DNA of 64,000 bases, taken from NCBI RefSeq assembly GCF_009914755.1, contig NC_060933.1, one strand, 5' to 3'. This document shows positions 1-15,669 of the stretch, in pieces (within the stretch, counting starts at the first letter, position 1; each line of letters starts with the position of its first letter). The notes beneath the pieces were generated by a model that was not told the origin of the DNA, did no database searches, and worked only from the letters and a program-made list of their open reading frames with translations. The position numbers were made by a program, and so were the translations under genes. The DNA comes from the human T2T-CHM13v2.0 reference genome, Homo sapiens.

Positions 1-1005
1 GAAAATTTGCTTTCAATCTTATTTAAATGTCATGAATTTGGGTGGAATCTTGAAAATATTTAAGTGGTTGATAATGCATTATTTCAATGCAGGTAACACT
101 TTCCAAATAAAGCATTAACTACACCATATGGCAACAGAAATCCTGTGGAAACCACAAAATGTGTGGTTTAGAAATTCATTGATTTCACTGTTTTATTTCT
201 TTTTAGCACATCTCCTTTTCCTCTCCACCCTTTTTTCCAAAGTCTTACCAGTTCACCACATAATCACATGGTTAGTAACTTCAAGCGGTAGTCCACTTGA
301 CAGTAAGGTGACAAATGCTTTCAAAATATAATTTGTTTATGTACCTTTCCAAAATGGGTTATTTTGCACACATTTCCAAGAAATAAGTCCAGAATATAGT
401 AGGAGACATTTGATATCTTCAGTATCTATTATTTGATTATCAACAGGCCTTCCTAAAGAATATACGTAAATCTTAAGAAACACATATATGGAATATTTGA
501 TGAAACTGTAGTGCACAAGGAATTTGTTAATTACTTCAGCTATTCAAGGGTTCATTTTTTTAGCTATCTGCAGTGTTCCAGGAAAAGATATTCAGATCTT
601 TTATGTATCAATTCATATTCTTGTGCACAGACATACTTGCATATAAAAACAAATATCAAACCTAATTTAAAAAGAAGAAAAGAAGTCTTTTGAATGGTAC
701 AATGGTACAATAATAAGATGTGGAAAGTCAGCATTGGTCAGTGTTGTCACATAATGTTATTGTAAATCATGTAAATAAATATAAAATATCTGTTTTGTTG
801 TTGTTTGCCTGTTTTTATTTTCCGGTTTCTGATATAATTAGAAGAAGCTTATTGAAAAAAAATTCTTGAAAACCCTAAAGAGGATAAGAAGGTTGTAACC
901 TGAACATATCAAATCCACTTTCCCCTAAGTTACTACTTTGGAAAGATATTTCCCAGACTATTATTTTCTGAAAGATAATTCCTAAAGCTGTCATTCTTAC
1001 CTTGG

Positions 1006-1013
<8 letters not shown>

Positions 1014-1052
<39 letters not shown>
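1014..1052. repeat. (TC)n microsatellite
   Basis: ~19 perfect units. Confidence 0.95.
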
Positions 1053-1056
<4 letters not shown>

Positions 1057-3471
1057 CTATCTCTCTCATTGCTAATGGTACTTGGAAGTTAGTTAAAATT
1101 CTCAGGGAATAGAAACAATTATTAAATAACTTTAGATACCTGATATGCCTGACATGACCAAATATGCCCTAAATTTATACTTTCTGGGCTCAGATCGAAG
1201 TTCAGATCTAAGTTCAAAGCTCTAAACTAGAAGCTTTCGTATTTTTATAGATTCCAAGGGCAAGGCTATGAATTTTTTACTTTTAGATGTATTTTTTTAC
1301 TGTTTGTAAAAGTCGGATATCATAAATCTGGTAGTTTCAAAAAAGCTGCAGATTTTTCAATAGTGGCCCTTGTATTTCGATTTAAACCAAATGGGACCAA
1401 ACTTATTACTTCTACTCTGAAAGGTCATTTTTCATCAAGATTGTATTAGAAAATAAATCATTTAAAGCCATCCTTTGGATGGTTCCTTGCATGAATGTCT
1501 TAAGAAGAACACGTAATAAGAGCCTCTTTGCAAAGCCAAGCTTATTTGTTAATTCAAAGTGGTCTAAAGCTGCCACCTTCTGGCACTAAGGTGATATTTC
1601 AGTAAATTCAGTATGCTGCTGAAGTGCTATGACATTATTACAACAACCCTCACAGTACCTCCATGAATATCAGAAAGAAGTCTGTAAGCACAACAAAGGC
1701 AAACTGCCAACATTCTGCATTTATTTGTGTGAAATATTAAAGCACTATTAATAGAAACAGGTTTCAGAAGTAGAACTCTAGGAACCAAGCAAGAATCACA
1801 ACTTGGTACTTCATCAATGGCCTTCTTTGAGCCTAGTTAACTTAATTCCTTACTGAAGAAGCATAATTTAAACTTCGAAAATACTTATAAATCTAAATCA
1901 AAATATTCAGTTATCTTTGTTTACCAAATATTTGAAAGTATAAATTCATATTATTAAAATATTTTAAATGCATTTATCAATGTTTCTGATTATCAAAGGT
2001 AAAATGAAGTCTTTTTAATCCTATTGATAATGCAGGACAGATGATAGCTTTTCATTTTGGAATAATCTCTTAGGATAATTAAGGAACAAAGCCCAGAGCC
2101 TGAGTAAATGGGTCAACTGTGAAAATCTACCCAGTTCCATGAATGACCACTTTCTTGTTTTTCTGACAAGGCCATTTTCTTCTTCTAATAGTGAAAATAA
2201 CAGATTAAGAGCTTTATTGTTTTTCCAATTTCCTATCTTTCATATAATGCTTTTCTCTAAGTGAAGGGCAGTAGGGTTAAATATTTAGAATGAATAAACT
2301 AGCTCCAAGAAAAGAAACTGGCAACTTCTGTGATGCTGAGTAATTAAACAGACCTACAGAGCCTGCTGGAATTGTAGAACATAAGCAAAGATTAATGAGG
2401 CTTGAAAATGTAGAGTCCCATGGTCTCCAAGCAACGTGCAAGGTGTCTCACCTCAGCTTTGTTCACGTTGAACAGCTGCCCATTTTCAAGGCAAGCAAAA
2501 TTGTATTTGCTCTTGCTTTGATTCAGAAATAGTTTGGTAAAATCTATGACAAAGTATTTAGCTTTTAAAAGTATCCTAAATTACCTTTTTTGTTCCCATC
2601 CGTGGTAGCAGACTTTGCTTTCCGCCCTAGACAGCAGATTTTCCATGAGTAGGTGTGGGTATTCTGAGTTCTTTTCCTAGCTTCCATCTTAATCTGGGTG
2701 GTCAATGAACAGAATCTTATACAGAGCCCCATTCACTAGGGTGTAACAGTCAAAATAGAAAACAGGTTATGTCTTCATTCTCTTCTCCCACCACTAGGAC
2801 CAAAGAGAGGTACACTGCTTCTGGTGGTCAGGGAGTTTTGAAGGTTTACAATATCTTTGGTGAAGAAAACAAAGACTGTCATTTAAAAAAAAAAGTTTCT
2901 CTCAAATGAGTTCTAAATTCATGGTTGCTGATAATGCCAAATAGTTATTCCAAGAAGACACAGAAAAATTGGTTTAGTCTTATTTTTAGATTAAGGGGGC
3001 ACAAAATAACTCCATCTGTATCGTCACAGGGGCTTCATTTATTTAATGTATCTTTTTTTGTCATCGGAAGTGGGGGCCTCTTACAGGGACCTCTGAAATG
3101 TTTTAGTCCCTTTATATATATATACATTTAAATTAGGATTTTTGTATGTTCAAACTTAGTCTAGGGTTTTGGAATTATCTGCCTCTTTCCCATAAATATT
3201 TACTAAACTCAACCACACAAATGTAAAGTTATACAGGCTTTTAGTGCTTTCCTAACGTGGTTAATACTCATATTGAAAATACCATAAATTCTGATTAATG
3301 GCAGATACCAACCTATGGACCACATAGTACAAACTCATGAAGAGTAATTGTTTTCTCATGTTATTTCATCTAATTTTAGTGTGTGTTAAGGGTGCCTTCG
3401 GAGAGGACTTCACACCCCTACCCCTCGCCATTGTGTATAGACATTTGAAAATTCCTTAACTACATTATCTC

Positions 3472-3494
3472 TGTGTGTGTGTGTGTGTGTGTGT
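3472..3494. repeat. (TG)n microsatellite
   Basis: Read directly from the sequence. Confidence 0.95.
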
Positions 3495-3886
3495 CTCCCC
3501 TCCTCTCTTTCTCTCTGAAATCAAGTACAGATTTACCCAGCCAATAAGATTGTATGTTTCATGAAACTGTTAGCAGTCACATATAGTCTGTTGATTTATT
3601 ATGTATTATGTACAGTATACACTTAATGATATACAGCATGCTCATTTTAAACGTGATCATTCTATGGACATATAGGGGCAAGAATATTGCTTTTGAACTA
3701 TAAATAATTTCTTTATCAAACATAAGAAGCTAAGCACATGAAAATAAATGTCCTCCAAATAAAAAGCCTCTTGAATTACTCGTGTTACGGAATGTTGAGA
3801 CTTCATTCTATGTGGTATTCTCAATCCACCTTTTTAGAGATTTTTTTTTTCCATTAGGAGAGATGACAAAATTCTCTCTCTATCTT

Positions 3887-3896
3887 TGTGTGTGTC

Positions 3897-3935
<39 letters not shown>
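3887..3935. repeat. Interrupted (TG)n microsatellite
   Basis: Read directly from the sequence. Confidence 0.95.
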
Positions 3936-5908
3936 ATGGTAATTAGTTCAGAAACTAAAAATATATATGTAAATAATCACATGATAAATTTACATAAGAT
4001 AGGTTAGTAAAGGTCATTTAATTTCTTACATTCTTGCTTTTATTCTCTAGAATACCATTTAGTATGCTATACATTTTCTCAGTTCATGTGTTAAACATGC
4101 TACTTCAGTTTGCCCATTTAGGAGCAGACTATATTTTATGTTTAAATGAGTAGAAACATTTTAAACACATTTTCATCTAATTTGGTTATCTGGAAGATGT
4201 ATCTAAGATAAGGAATCCCTTTGAGTTTTAGAAATTTGTAAACATTTATTGACCAAGTACTTCATTAGAAAAACAAGAAAAGTTTCTGAGCAAGCACTTC
4301 TAGTGCATGTAAATGTAGTTGCTCATACATGATGTATACTTAGCATTCTGTAAATATATATTCAAAAATTATACACAGAAATGAGAAATGTATAATAGTT
4401 GAGAAAATATTATATAATATTTTAGTTATTTTAATTGTTAAGTGACTATTTCAAAAATACTGATTGAGTAAAGTTTTTTTCATTTCAGTTTTTTAAGTTT
4501 TTGTAATAGAATAATTCAAATGTCTGAGTTTAAGAATTTATTCTGGTACATAGTTTGACAACTGTCATAATTAGAAAAAGTTATACAGACATGAACAGAC
4601 AAAAAGCCATCATTGGCTGTTCTTACTTAATTAAGATAGTCATTTGTTATTTTTAGAAATAACCTATTTAAAAATTTGCTGTAATATGGCTAGTAAATGG
4701 ACATCTTTCTTGATATCAATCAGTTGTTCTGAAAAATTACTTATAATAGTTTTTATTTTATATTTTATACAAATATTTGCAAAGTCAAGAAAAACTTTTC
4801 ATTTGTTTAAACAGATAATAAATTCTATGTTTAAGTGTTTTAATTGTGCACATATGAAAGATTAATTAGTTATAACTTCACGACATTGAACTTAAAATCA
4901 CCTAAGATCCAAACATTTCCAAATATCTCTCCTCAAAACTTTCTTTCTGTGGCATAAGTCTTTCCCAGGAAATCATTATCTTTTCATTCATTGTTAACAT
5001 TTTACATGTAAGTCTGTTTTTAATATCTGCTAAGATACCATTTTACCAATTGTCATCAAAGACAAAATCAGAAGTTGTATCACTTATTTTTCTAAGCTGT
5101 GTATGGTACAAAAGATTTTTATGAAAGCCTTTTTTGTATTACAAAGTGTTTCAAAAGTCTACTATTTAGCAAAGTATAGTGCACTTACTAGAAAACACTT
5201 CAACTGCAACATATTGCAGTATGATGCAAGGAAAGGAAAGCATGAGAGTCAGTTCTTCTTGCCCACTCTTCCTCCAGGATTCTGGATGTACTCAACTATG
5301 TTATGTGACCATATGACACACTGGCCAATGGGAAGAAGCCAAGGCAACTCAAACAGTAAATATTAGTAATGTTGAATTATGTTTATTTCACCTAAACATC
5401 TAATTACATTTATTTCATGTAAATCTAAAGTCTAATATTTCCTTAAAAATCCCAGTAGAACATTTTGCCCACTGAGGAGGAAATCAGATCCTCATAATCA
5501 ATAAATATTCTGTCTTGCACTCTAAATTTTGAAAATACAACTAACAAGGACATCATTAATGTGTTTTTTTTTTTTTTTTTGGTACAAGTCCTATGTCTTT
5601 AGAGATCTTCAATGATTTACTTTCTAAGACAAACGCTGTATCCCCTTTATAGATCCTGAATCTTTTATGACAAACACTGTGACCTCTTTTAAATGCATGC
5701 TGTTAGTTCCCTTTCAAATAGCCCTTTTAGATTTTGCTAATCTCAGAGTCTCGAGTGCATGGTTTGGTTTTGTTTTTTTCTTTACTAAGTGCCATAATCT
5801 CAAACTCCACTGTCATTCACTGTGGCCTGCTAACCACAAGGCACATCTTGGAGGATGTCTTAAGTTCTTAAGTGTAGGTGGAAGAACAGTCTGTAAGTGT
5901 GATCTGTT

Positions 5909-5961
5909 AAAAAATAAAAAATAAATAAAATAAAATAAAATAAAATAAAATAAAATAAAAA
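5909..5961. repeat. (AAAAT)n pentanucleotide repeat
   Basis: Read directly from the sequence. Confidence 0.9.
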
Positions 5962-8031
5962 CTAGGTGTGGCAGTTTCACCTCTGGCTGGTGAGCACTCT
6001 CCTGCCATCCTGAGCACAGTTCTTATAAACAGGTAAGTCTTGCATTTAAATGATGGGCCTGTGGTATTTTTTCCCCCATGACAACACTATGGTTGCGGGT
6101 GCGTTGGGAGTTTCCTCCCTTACTTTGGGATTCACTTTTCTAGAAACTGGTTTAAATAAAGAAACCTTTAAAAATAATATATCTAATTGTGAGTAAAGAT
6201 TAGTTAAAATAGTCCTTCATTCTCATTAGCTAGGTTACAAGAAAGCTCTTTTAAAAGAATATAATAAAAATTAAAATGTCAATGAGTGGTTCTAAAATCT
6301 CAGCCTTGTTCAGTAATTTTGCTATATGCATTTTCCCAGCATGAATGGTGAAAAGGTCATATGTGATTAAAAAAAATCCATCAGAGTGAATATCAGATTT
6401 AACACTATAGTAACATGAAGATAAAGATGTATAATTCAGCTGGCAGCCAAGTTTGGTTATTTGATGCTTGCCAACTCCCAGAAACCTTATTTATATTTGG
6501 AAGTCCCTACTAAAAGATTCTTCAATGACTTCTATCATCACAACACAAGCATTATTGTACATTTAATGTGATTTTCTGCTGCCTCTTGGAAAAAAATGGA
6601 AAGAATTCAAATCAAGAAGTGAAATTATGAGAAAGGTATATAAAATAAAATGGCCAAGCTTTAAAAACTGTTTTTATTGCCCAATAACACTACTAAGAAG
6701 ACAAGAAAGGTTTAAGTACAATCTATAAGATAGACACATATCAATTATATAAAATGATTACATATTTCAAACAAAAAGAAAACAGACTGTCCTAGAAATT
6801 TTTTGTATTTAAAGAGAAAAAATTAGGATCTTCACTGAATGCATTCCACATGCACAATGGACTCGTTCCCCATCACTCAGAATGTGAAGCAAGATGTAAT
6901 AAGTCCCTGCTTATTCAATCTGTTTCAGGCAAGCATAAACAAGAAAGCAACAAACAGCTAAGGAATTATGGCCAGACTGTATTTTCAGGCTTCTTGAAAA
7001 TTATTTCACAAAGGACATTAAACATATCACATCCCATAGGAAAAGGAATGGTAGGAATGAGATCTTTGCCCTGTTAATTTCATTTCAAATCTTGTTAAAA
7101 TTAAAGAGTTAATAAAAGCCTTGGTTTTCAGAACCAAGAAACATCTTAGGGGACATGATATAGCCAAGTTTTATTTCATGATCCCATAATACCCCTCTTG
7201 TTGAGTGATTGCCAAGCTGGGGTCAGGTATTATCTTCAGCAGCCTCCGGTGGTTTGCCAAGGCCACATTCACTCAACTTTCAAGAACATTAGGCCTGGGC
7301 ATACTCCCTCATCTCCTCGATAACATATTTTGGAAAGATATATAAAGTTCAAGGTAATTAAAATAACAAAGAGTAGATTGGCAAGGTACATTTGTTTACT
7401 TGTTTTTGTTTTGATTATATACTTGTTCAACTTATAGTAAATTAATTTTCTGAAAATACAAAAAAACTCAAAAAAACCTATATTTTCATGTGTATTCAGC
7501 CATATGATAAACTTGTATTTGCTACCCATTGAGAGACTAAGATGGTGCTAGACACTGAAAGACCTAATGAGCAACACATAGTCCCTAACCCAGAGAGTTT
7601 TTATTCTAGAATGAGAAACTGACAAGTAAGCAGGGAATTCATAAACATTATAAAGTGTATAATAAAAGACAACTGGGAAATTTAAAAAATTTTTTCAATC
7701 AGTTTAGGTTGGGAATGAGGCTAGTAAGAATAGACTTTCTAGTGTAAGTGAGTCTCAGAAGACTTTGCTGAAGGGAATGGAGCAGATGAGAGAAAGAAAG
7801 TGTCCCAAATGATACACATTGTTGCTAATGCATCGAACATAGTGCATTGAAGGAATGGGGATGCCAGAGTATTTCAATTTGGCTGGAGGATAGATATTGA
7901 GAGGCAAAAAAATAAAACTGAAGAGGTAAGTAAGCACAGGCCCTGAATTGATGTTGTCAAGTTTGCACTTTATCCTGAGAGCAAAGATAAGCCACAACAA
8001 CTCTCAGTGATGGATATTATTATGTTCATTA

Positions 8032-8323
<292 letters not shown>

Positions 8324-8386
8324 AACAAATTTGAGATTCAAAGATCATAAAAGATCATATGTGATTTTTGAAGGTAATTTAATGAT

Positions 8387-9190
8387 GTATAAGTTTGGGT
8401 TCTGACAAGAAACAGATAGCACACTTGAAGGGTAACTGAGGAGAGTTGAATAAAGGGACTATTGAGGAAGGGACTATTGTTCAGGGTGTAGGGACATCAA
8501 CAAGGAGTCAAACCAAGTAGGAAGTCCTTATTATTGCTAGGCTTAAAGGGCCAAGGGGAGAGAATAATTATCAAAATGCAGTAAGAAAAAGATGTGTAGA
8601 GAAGGCCATGTGACATTCAGTAAAGGGAAGCCTCTTATCCACTGTGCCCAACAGGAAGGGAGCAGGGGCAATAAAATCCTTGATCCCACGTTGCATTGGT
8701 TGAATCTAACAAGAAACTAGATGTATTAGTCCGTTTTCCTACTACTATAAAGATACTACCTGAAAGTGGGTCATTTATAAAGGAAAAAGATGTAATTGAC
8801 TCACAGTTCCACAAGGCTGTGGAGGCTTCAGGAAACTTACAATTACGGGGAAAGGAGAAGCAGGCACCTATTACATGGTGGCAGGTAAGAGAGGTATTGT
8901 GTGTGGGAGGAAATGTCAAACATTTATAAAACCATCAGGTCTCGTGAGAACTTACTTAGTATCATGAGAACAGCATGGGGGAAATTGCCCCCATAATCCA
9001 ATCACCTTCCACCAGGTCCTGCCCTGGACATATGGGAATTATGGGGATTACAATTGGAGATGAGATTTGGGTGAGGACACACAGCCAAACCGTATCACCA
9101 GAGGATAAGAGAGCCTTTTGATGCAGTCTGAGGATACAAATCATGGTGGAGAAAGGTGGGGAGAGGATCTAAAGGGGCAAAGAGGACAAG
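8387..9190. mobile_element. Old MLT1-type (ERVL-MaLR) LTR split by the THE1 insertion
   Basis: tgtataagtttgggttc...aataaagggactatt resembles MLT1 termini and resumes after 9097; boundaries approximate. Confidence 0.55.
8722..9097 (-). mobile_element. THE1C/THE1D-type solo LTR (ERVL-MaLR)
   Basis: TGTATTAGTCC...CAGCCAAACCGTATCA is the reverse of the THE1 consensus termini; 5-bp TSD CTAGA/CCAGA. Confidence 0.9.
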
Positions 9191-11379
9191 CAGGAAATCA
9201 ACAGCAAAGCTCAAATTTAAGCATGATCTTCTGTCTCCCAAATCCCAAATCATTAGACATAGTGTAAAAAAAATAAACAAATTATATATTATTATATGTA
9301 TTTTATTTATATATTATATATATATAATCAAGCACAATAGTTACTTTTATAGGCCAGTATTCTTTTTCCATTTCTATATAAGTAAAATATATTGGCAGTA
9401 TGTTAAAATTAATTATTTATTAAAAGAACAGACTTTTAAAATATAGAATTGTCTGGATAATTAAGAACTGTGGCATAGAATTTGGGCAGTAGAATTTACC
9501 TCTATGTTCCCACAAAGAATGCAGTGGTATTAGTGCTGTATGAAATAATAGAAAAGAATAAATGAAAATTCATTTAAAATGCAAATAATTATTAAAATAC
9601 CTTGAACTTCACAATAAAATATCTAAAATAATTAGGATTCATGCAATTTCACATTCATTTACTTCACTGGTAAACCAACTTACCAGTGTAAAGTGCCTTA
9701 AAGAAGAAAAAAAGTTTTATTATTTTTTGTTTCCTTAAAATACTGAAGTATCTTTTGTACTTTCAGTAAATTATGTATTTAATTTCTCATATTCATCTTT
9801 GATAAATTTAGCCAAAGTTCTAATTGCACATTTTATTTTCAAAAAAAAAAATATGTAGCCCAATACAATATACTCTAAGAAAATGGAAAGAGGAGAATCA
9901 TTCTTCATGAAGCATCCTATAGTTATCTTCCAGGAGGAATAACAAAATTGACATACAGAATGTGCATAGAAGCACTTAATGGGAAATAATTTTATTTCTA
10001 CTGAGGATAAACTAGATTGTTAACATATTCAATTCACCCAACTTCCCCACACCTCCATTTCTTCCTTCAGAATTTGAAGTAGTCAAATTAGATGACCACT
10101 CAGATTTATCCAGCTCTGAAATCCTATGATTTCTAGATAATTAAAACAGCCATGTCTGCAATTAATAATACTATACCAATAATACAGGACTGAAGAGCCC
10201 TGAGTTCTTCCACTTAGATGCTATTAACAAAAATCAAAACTCTAAGTGAAAATCTATTTGCATGTAAAATAGGGGCAATAATGTAAAATTTCTCATGGAA
10301 TTATAGGGAGAATTAGATGAAAAATGAATGCACAGTGATTCCAAAAGATAGCTCTGTATAAGAGAAGTAATAAATACCATTCACTCTCTGTGAATCTGTA
10401 AGATTGCAATAAACATTCCCTACCCTATTTCTGTAGCTCCTTGCTGATAACAGTTTTTATCTCGCTGAATGCTGCTGCTAGTCCCTCAGGGACTACATTT
10501 GCTGAAAAAATTACATGTTTTATGGTTTCTCTCTGTTTGATCAGCATCTTGTTCACTAGAGCAAGAATGAAAAGTATAAACATGGAAATGCTGCTGAGGA
10601 TAAAATATCAGACTAAAAGAAGCTGCTGTCTTCCTCCCAACTACCTCACCCTTAACTCATTCCAGTGATGTTTTCAAAATGGAGGAGAGTTTACAAATTA
10701 GAACTAGTGAAAACCTGTAATAACTTCCTAGGGAAACAAATGTATTTATATTTGAGTCTCATTGTAAGACAGTAATACCCACAGTGGAAGAGGGGTGAGT
10801 AATACTGGGAAGCTTCTCCAGGGGAAAATATTTTCAGTTCCATTTTTTTTTCTTTTACCTGCATTTCCCCTAGAGGATCATCATCTGCCCCTTTGCTATA
10901 GAACAGGCTGAAAAAATCTTGCTGTATCTGCACTGGTGTGGGAATGAGAGAGAAACCTCAGGTTATACTAATTCCTGCTGGGGTGGCAAGTGAATAAGGG
11001 GTGCAGGTATTTCTGATGGCCCTCAGTGGCTCCTTCCACCACCTCTACTCCAGCACACAAATGCAGGTCTCAGTAAACGGTTAAAAAATGGACATTCATC
11101 TAAGAGGCAAGGTCTCTAAAGAGAAAGCAAATCAAGACCAATCTCAGATTATACTTCCAGATATTCGCCACTCTGAAGCTCAATTCTTTCCTACTCTTAA
11201 CTCTGCAGGGGCAGGCAAAGCTAGAACCTAGGTTTCAGCCTTTTGGGAAGGCAATATTAAGTAACGACTATTTACAGGGAAATGTAAGCTCTCAGGGAAA
11301 AGCTATAAGATTTCTTACATCAGCAGAGCACAAATATTACAAAAGAAAATAATCATACCAAAAATCATACAAGGGATAA

Positions 11380-12200
11380 AGCCAAATTTGAGTTCCAAAT
11401 AAAACAAGAAATTAAAGATACTGAATATTTTCAAAGAGTAACAGAGAATGGTAACATGACTTATGAATAAATGTTTATAAGAAGACAATTGGAAATATAT
11501 GGTATAAAAACATGTTAATGTGCATAAAGCATCGAAAAGAAGTGTTGAATAACAAAATGAGCACAATGGAAGAATGTATCAATGAGCTGGAAGATCAAAT
11601 AGTGAAATTTTCCAGGAAGTATTAGGAAGGCATAAAGAGAATATAACGTCAACTTAGGACATAGCCATTTAGACAGGTAAAATAGAAGTGTCAAAATCTG
11701 TATAGAGGCAGTCACCAAAATAAAAATAAAGTATAAAGAAGAAATATCTGAAAAAGTATTAACTCAGAAATTTCCAGAATTAAGAAAAATAAAAAAGTAA
11801 AATGCCAGGGAGGAGGGAGAAATCCTAAATACTTGTAAGTTGCCAAATAGAATATTTACAAAGAATAAAACCTGAACAAAAATAGTAAAATTTTAAGAAT
11901 TTCAAAATAGAGAAACGTCTAAACACTTTCAGAAAGAAAGGTAAGGAAAAATAAACAAATTTTCAATACATTTCCAACAGCAATATGGATTGCAAGAAGA
12001 AAATGGTGTAAAATCTGCAAGGTACTAAAGGAAAATAACAACAGAGTCAGGATTTTTTGTCTAATTAATGTAGCATTTAAATGCCAGAATAAAATAGACA
12101 TTCTCAGTTATAAAAGGCTTCAGAATGTTTTCACCAAAAGAACATGTATGAAAACAACCTTAAAATATTTCGGCAAAATAAAGGAATTAATCCCAAAAGA
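11380..12200 (+). mobile_element. Ancient L1/HAL1 ORF1-like fragment
   Basis: A-rich decayed ORF1-like motifs (atcaatgagctggaagatcaaatag; aaatttccagaatt; caacagcaatatggattgcaagaaga). Confidence 0.55.
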
Positions 12201-13051
12201 TATACTAACAACAAGGATAAATAAATAACTTAGAAGAAAAATGTACCTCATTCTGCATCTGGATCATAGCCAGCTTATAGTAGCCCAACTTACCCTCTAG
12301 GGTTCATTGATCTCTAGGCTTAACTGCACTGCAGTTACTGCTTTGTCAACTAGGCTGATATTACTATGTAATGGGAGTCAATTTAGATCAATAATACTTG
12401 GAAAATTTGAGTTACATAAAAATTAATGAAGGGTGTTTACTACATGGGTGATACTCAACAAATGTATTTAACACTTGCAAATTTCACCTTATAAATTTTG
12501 ATCTGAAAAAATTAATGAAGTATCATCTCTCTAGCTCAATAATAGACACACAGTAGCCATCAGAAAACATCAAGTTCATTTTTTCCCTTCAAATTACCAG
12601 TAATATGGGCCTAAGCAAGTGAGAAGCCCACACTGGAGAGCTGCTGAGTCAGATGAGCATGTGCACATTCTAAGAGTACTGTATTGTGTTGATTTTTGTC
12701 ATAAATTATGGTTAAATGCCCCTTCTAGCTATAAGCTGTACTAGAGGCTCTGCTCTAATACTACTCTAGGTTTTCTGCCTCCTTTCTGATATCTATAAAT
12801 TTTTGAAAATCCCAAATTTTCCAGTTTATTTAGCTCAACTTTTAGAGGACATACACAGAAACTTATTATTGATATAAAAATGATGTCTTCTGGATAAAAT
12901 ACAGACTTTTTTTTCACAGAACCAAAACAATACATATCAATGATACATAAACATAAATTTACATATGCCCTACTCATGTCAACATTACAAAAAGTGGCAA
13001 TCATGAACAACCATGTGAATAATTTAGAACATAAAATTTCATTTCAACTAT

Positions 13052-13412
13052 TGCTATTGCTTGAATGTGTCCCTGAAAATTCATGTGTTGGAAACTTAAC
13101 CCCCAATGCACCAGTGTTGGGAGGTGGGGCCTAATCTCCTCTACCCTCATGAATAGATTAATGCTGCTATAAGAGGGCTTGCAGGAGTGAATTTGCTCTC
13201 CTTCACTCTTCTCCCATGTGAGGACACACATTCATCTTCTCTTGCCCTCTGCCTTCCACTCCATGAGGATGCAATAACAAGACCCACACAGGGTGCCGGC
13301 ACCTTCATCTTGGACTTCTCAGTCTTCATAACTGTGAGAGACCAAATTTCTGTTTCTTATAAATTGTCCAGTCTCAGGTATTCTGTTATAACAGCACAAA
13401 TGGACTAAGGCA
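13052..13412 (+). mobile_element. MST-type (MSTB/C/D) solo LTR
   Basis: TGCTATTGCTTGAATGTGTCCC...GGTATTCTGTTATAACAGCACAAATGGACTAAGGCA MaLR termini. Confidence 0.85.
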
Positions 13413-14069
13413 ATATCATGATGGCATACATCTAGTTTCTATTTTTGTTAGTCAATATTTCTTACCTTCAATTTAAAAAAAAACTTCCTATTTTGCTGAA
13501 AAGAATTAGAACACTTGGCTTTGGATTTAATCATTATCCCTAGCAATGTTTTAGAGATAGCCAAGTGTTTCACATTTTACAAGCCATACATTTTATGTTT
13601 AATTTAATTTTAACATTGATCTGGATTTTAAAATCAGCATTATTAGTCAGAATAATGGGCTTTAGAGGGTAATAAGAAAGAATCATTAAAAAATTGTGAA
13701 GGAAATGCTAAGCCATTATTCTGGATCACTGGATGTTTCTTTGCCACTCCCATTGAGTTTGAAATTTTATAGCCTGGAAAAGAGTAGTGAATATGAATTA
13801 CTGCTAGAGACAAAGCCTAAAGTAAGTTACTGCCTACCCATCAAAAATGATATGACATCTTAAATTTATAGTCAGAGGAAGTTTTCTTTAATCACTTATA
13901 ATGCTGGTTTTAAAAGATGATATGTATATTTTTAATCATCTATTTTACCACTAGCTGCTAAAGAGACCTTTTATGTTTGTGAAGTGTGCAACCCTCTCTA
14001 GAATTTTCCATAGGAGATCTATTCTTAGAACTTTAAATTGTGTGTGTTTTATTATAAATAAATAAATAA

Positions 14070-15560
14070 TAAAGCTTTGTATTTAGAAATAATTTCAAAC
14101 TTACAAAGAATTTCCAAAAATAGTACAAAGACCATCCATAATCCTTTACCTCAATTCACCCAATGTTAGCATTTTGCCCTATTTGCTTTATAATTTGATC
14201 TCTTTCTGTTATATAAAGGAGATGATAAGTCAAATAAGCAACAAGCATCTGAACATTTGCAAAAGTATTGTTTTCTATCAACTTTATCATAAATGATATA
14301 AGTCAATGCATCCTCTGGTTTTGTGACAGGTCAGATGCTTTGCTCCAATATCACTCTAGGAACTGTTCCTTTTTCTGCTTCTTACTTCACTCAGTAATCT
14401 CCTTTATACAAGTTTTTCTCGTGTATAGAATCAGGCCTTGGATCAGTTATCATATCTTTATAGCTTCCTTTAATCAGAATAGTTTCTTAGCCTTTCTATG
14501 TCTTACATGACATTGAATTTTTTTGCTGACTAATCTTTACCATACCTCCTTTCTAAATAGAATGTTCCTCTTTTTGTCTGTCTGATGTTTCCTTATAATT
14601 AGATTCAAGTTATGCTTTCCCATCTGGAATACAACATAAATGATGCTGCATCCTTCTCATGGTATTATATGTAAAGGTGCATTAAGTTCATCTGCCCCTA
14701 TTTGTGGAATTAGTTTTGATTACCTGCACCAAGTGCTCCCTTATTCTTCCACTGTATAGTATTTTTTTATTGCTACTAATAAGGAATCAGTGGGGAAATA
14801 CTTTAAGACCAAAGAAATATTCAATTCTTCATCAAAATTTCTATCTCAGATTCAACATTTATTATTGATTCTTACCTGATACAATCTTTACTGTAATGAT
14901 TACAAAAAGGGGATATTCCACCACTTCTGCCATATTTAACAGTCAATACTTGGCATGTTACTATAAACAAGATATTCAATTCTTCCTTCTTTCAATTTCT
15001 TTTTAATCTATTTATTATTGATATGGAGTCATAGATCCCTATTTTTTCCAATCCTTTGTCATCCATTACTCTCCTTATTTTGGCACTCAAATTGTCCTTG
15101 ATTTGGAAAGTAGAAGCCCCTTTAAGGTGACTCCAACGTCTGTGTGACAGAACCCATCATTGTGTTTAGCACTTTCATTTTTAGCACTTTCTTGCTTTCT
15201 GGCCTAACGCAATATTCTAGGCTCATCGTCCCTGCCCCAACCCTGTACTCAGTAATATTTCAAGGAGCCCTGATTTCTTTTATTGGAATGAGGTAGTAGA
15301 AACCAAGATCTGGGTCCTACATGTGTTTATCAATACCTGGGTGCCTTGTTTGTAAGCCTTTTCAGTGGACAGTTAGGAAACATGGCCTGTTTATACAGCC
15401 ATGCGTATGTCAACACACATAAATGCATAAACACACACAAATATATACACATATAACTGAACATACATGTATACGTGAATATTTTAGAAATCAACAGTCC
15501 ATTCTACTTCCTCCTATTCCAACCCATTCCCATGTGTTAATTCTTGGCATCCCCATTTTA
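14070..15560 (-). mobile_element. L1MC4/L1MC5-like 3' region
   Basis: aaataatttcaaacttacaaagaa...aatagtacaaag start and internal L1MC 3'UTR motifs. Confidence 0.7.
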
Positions 15561-15669
15561 CATATTTTTCTCTATTTTATAAATTTATTTGCATAAAGCT
15601 CACACATTTCTTATCCCAGGTATCCATTTCCTTTGTTTCCCTTTTCTCCTACTTCAGAACCATGTGCCT

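Noticed and set aside
6030-6038. Perfect CAG|GTAAGT donor
   Set aside because: No upstream acceptor with a pyrimidine tract and no promoter evidence; isolated consensus matches occur by chance.
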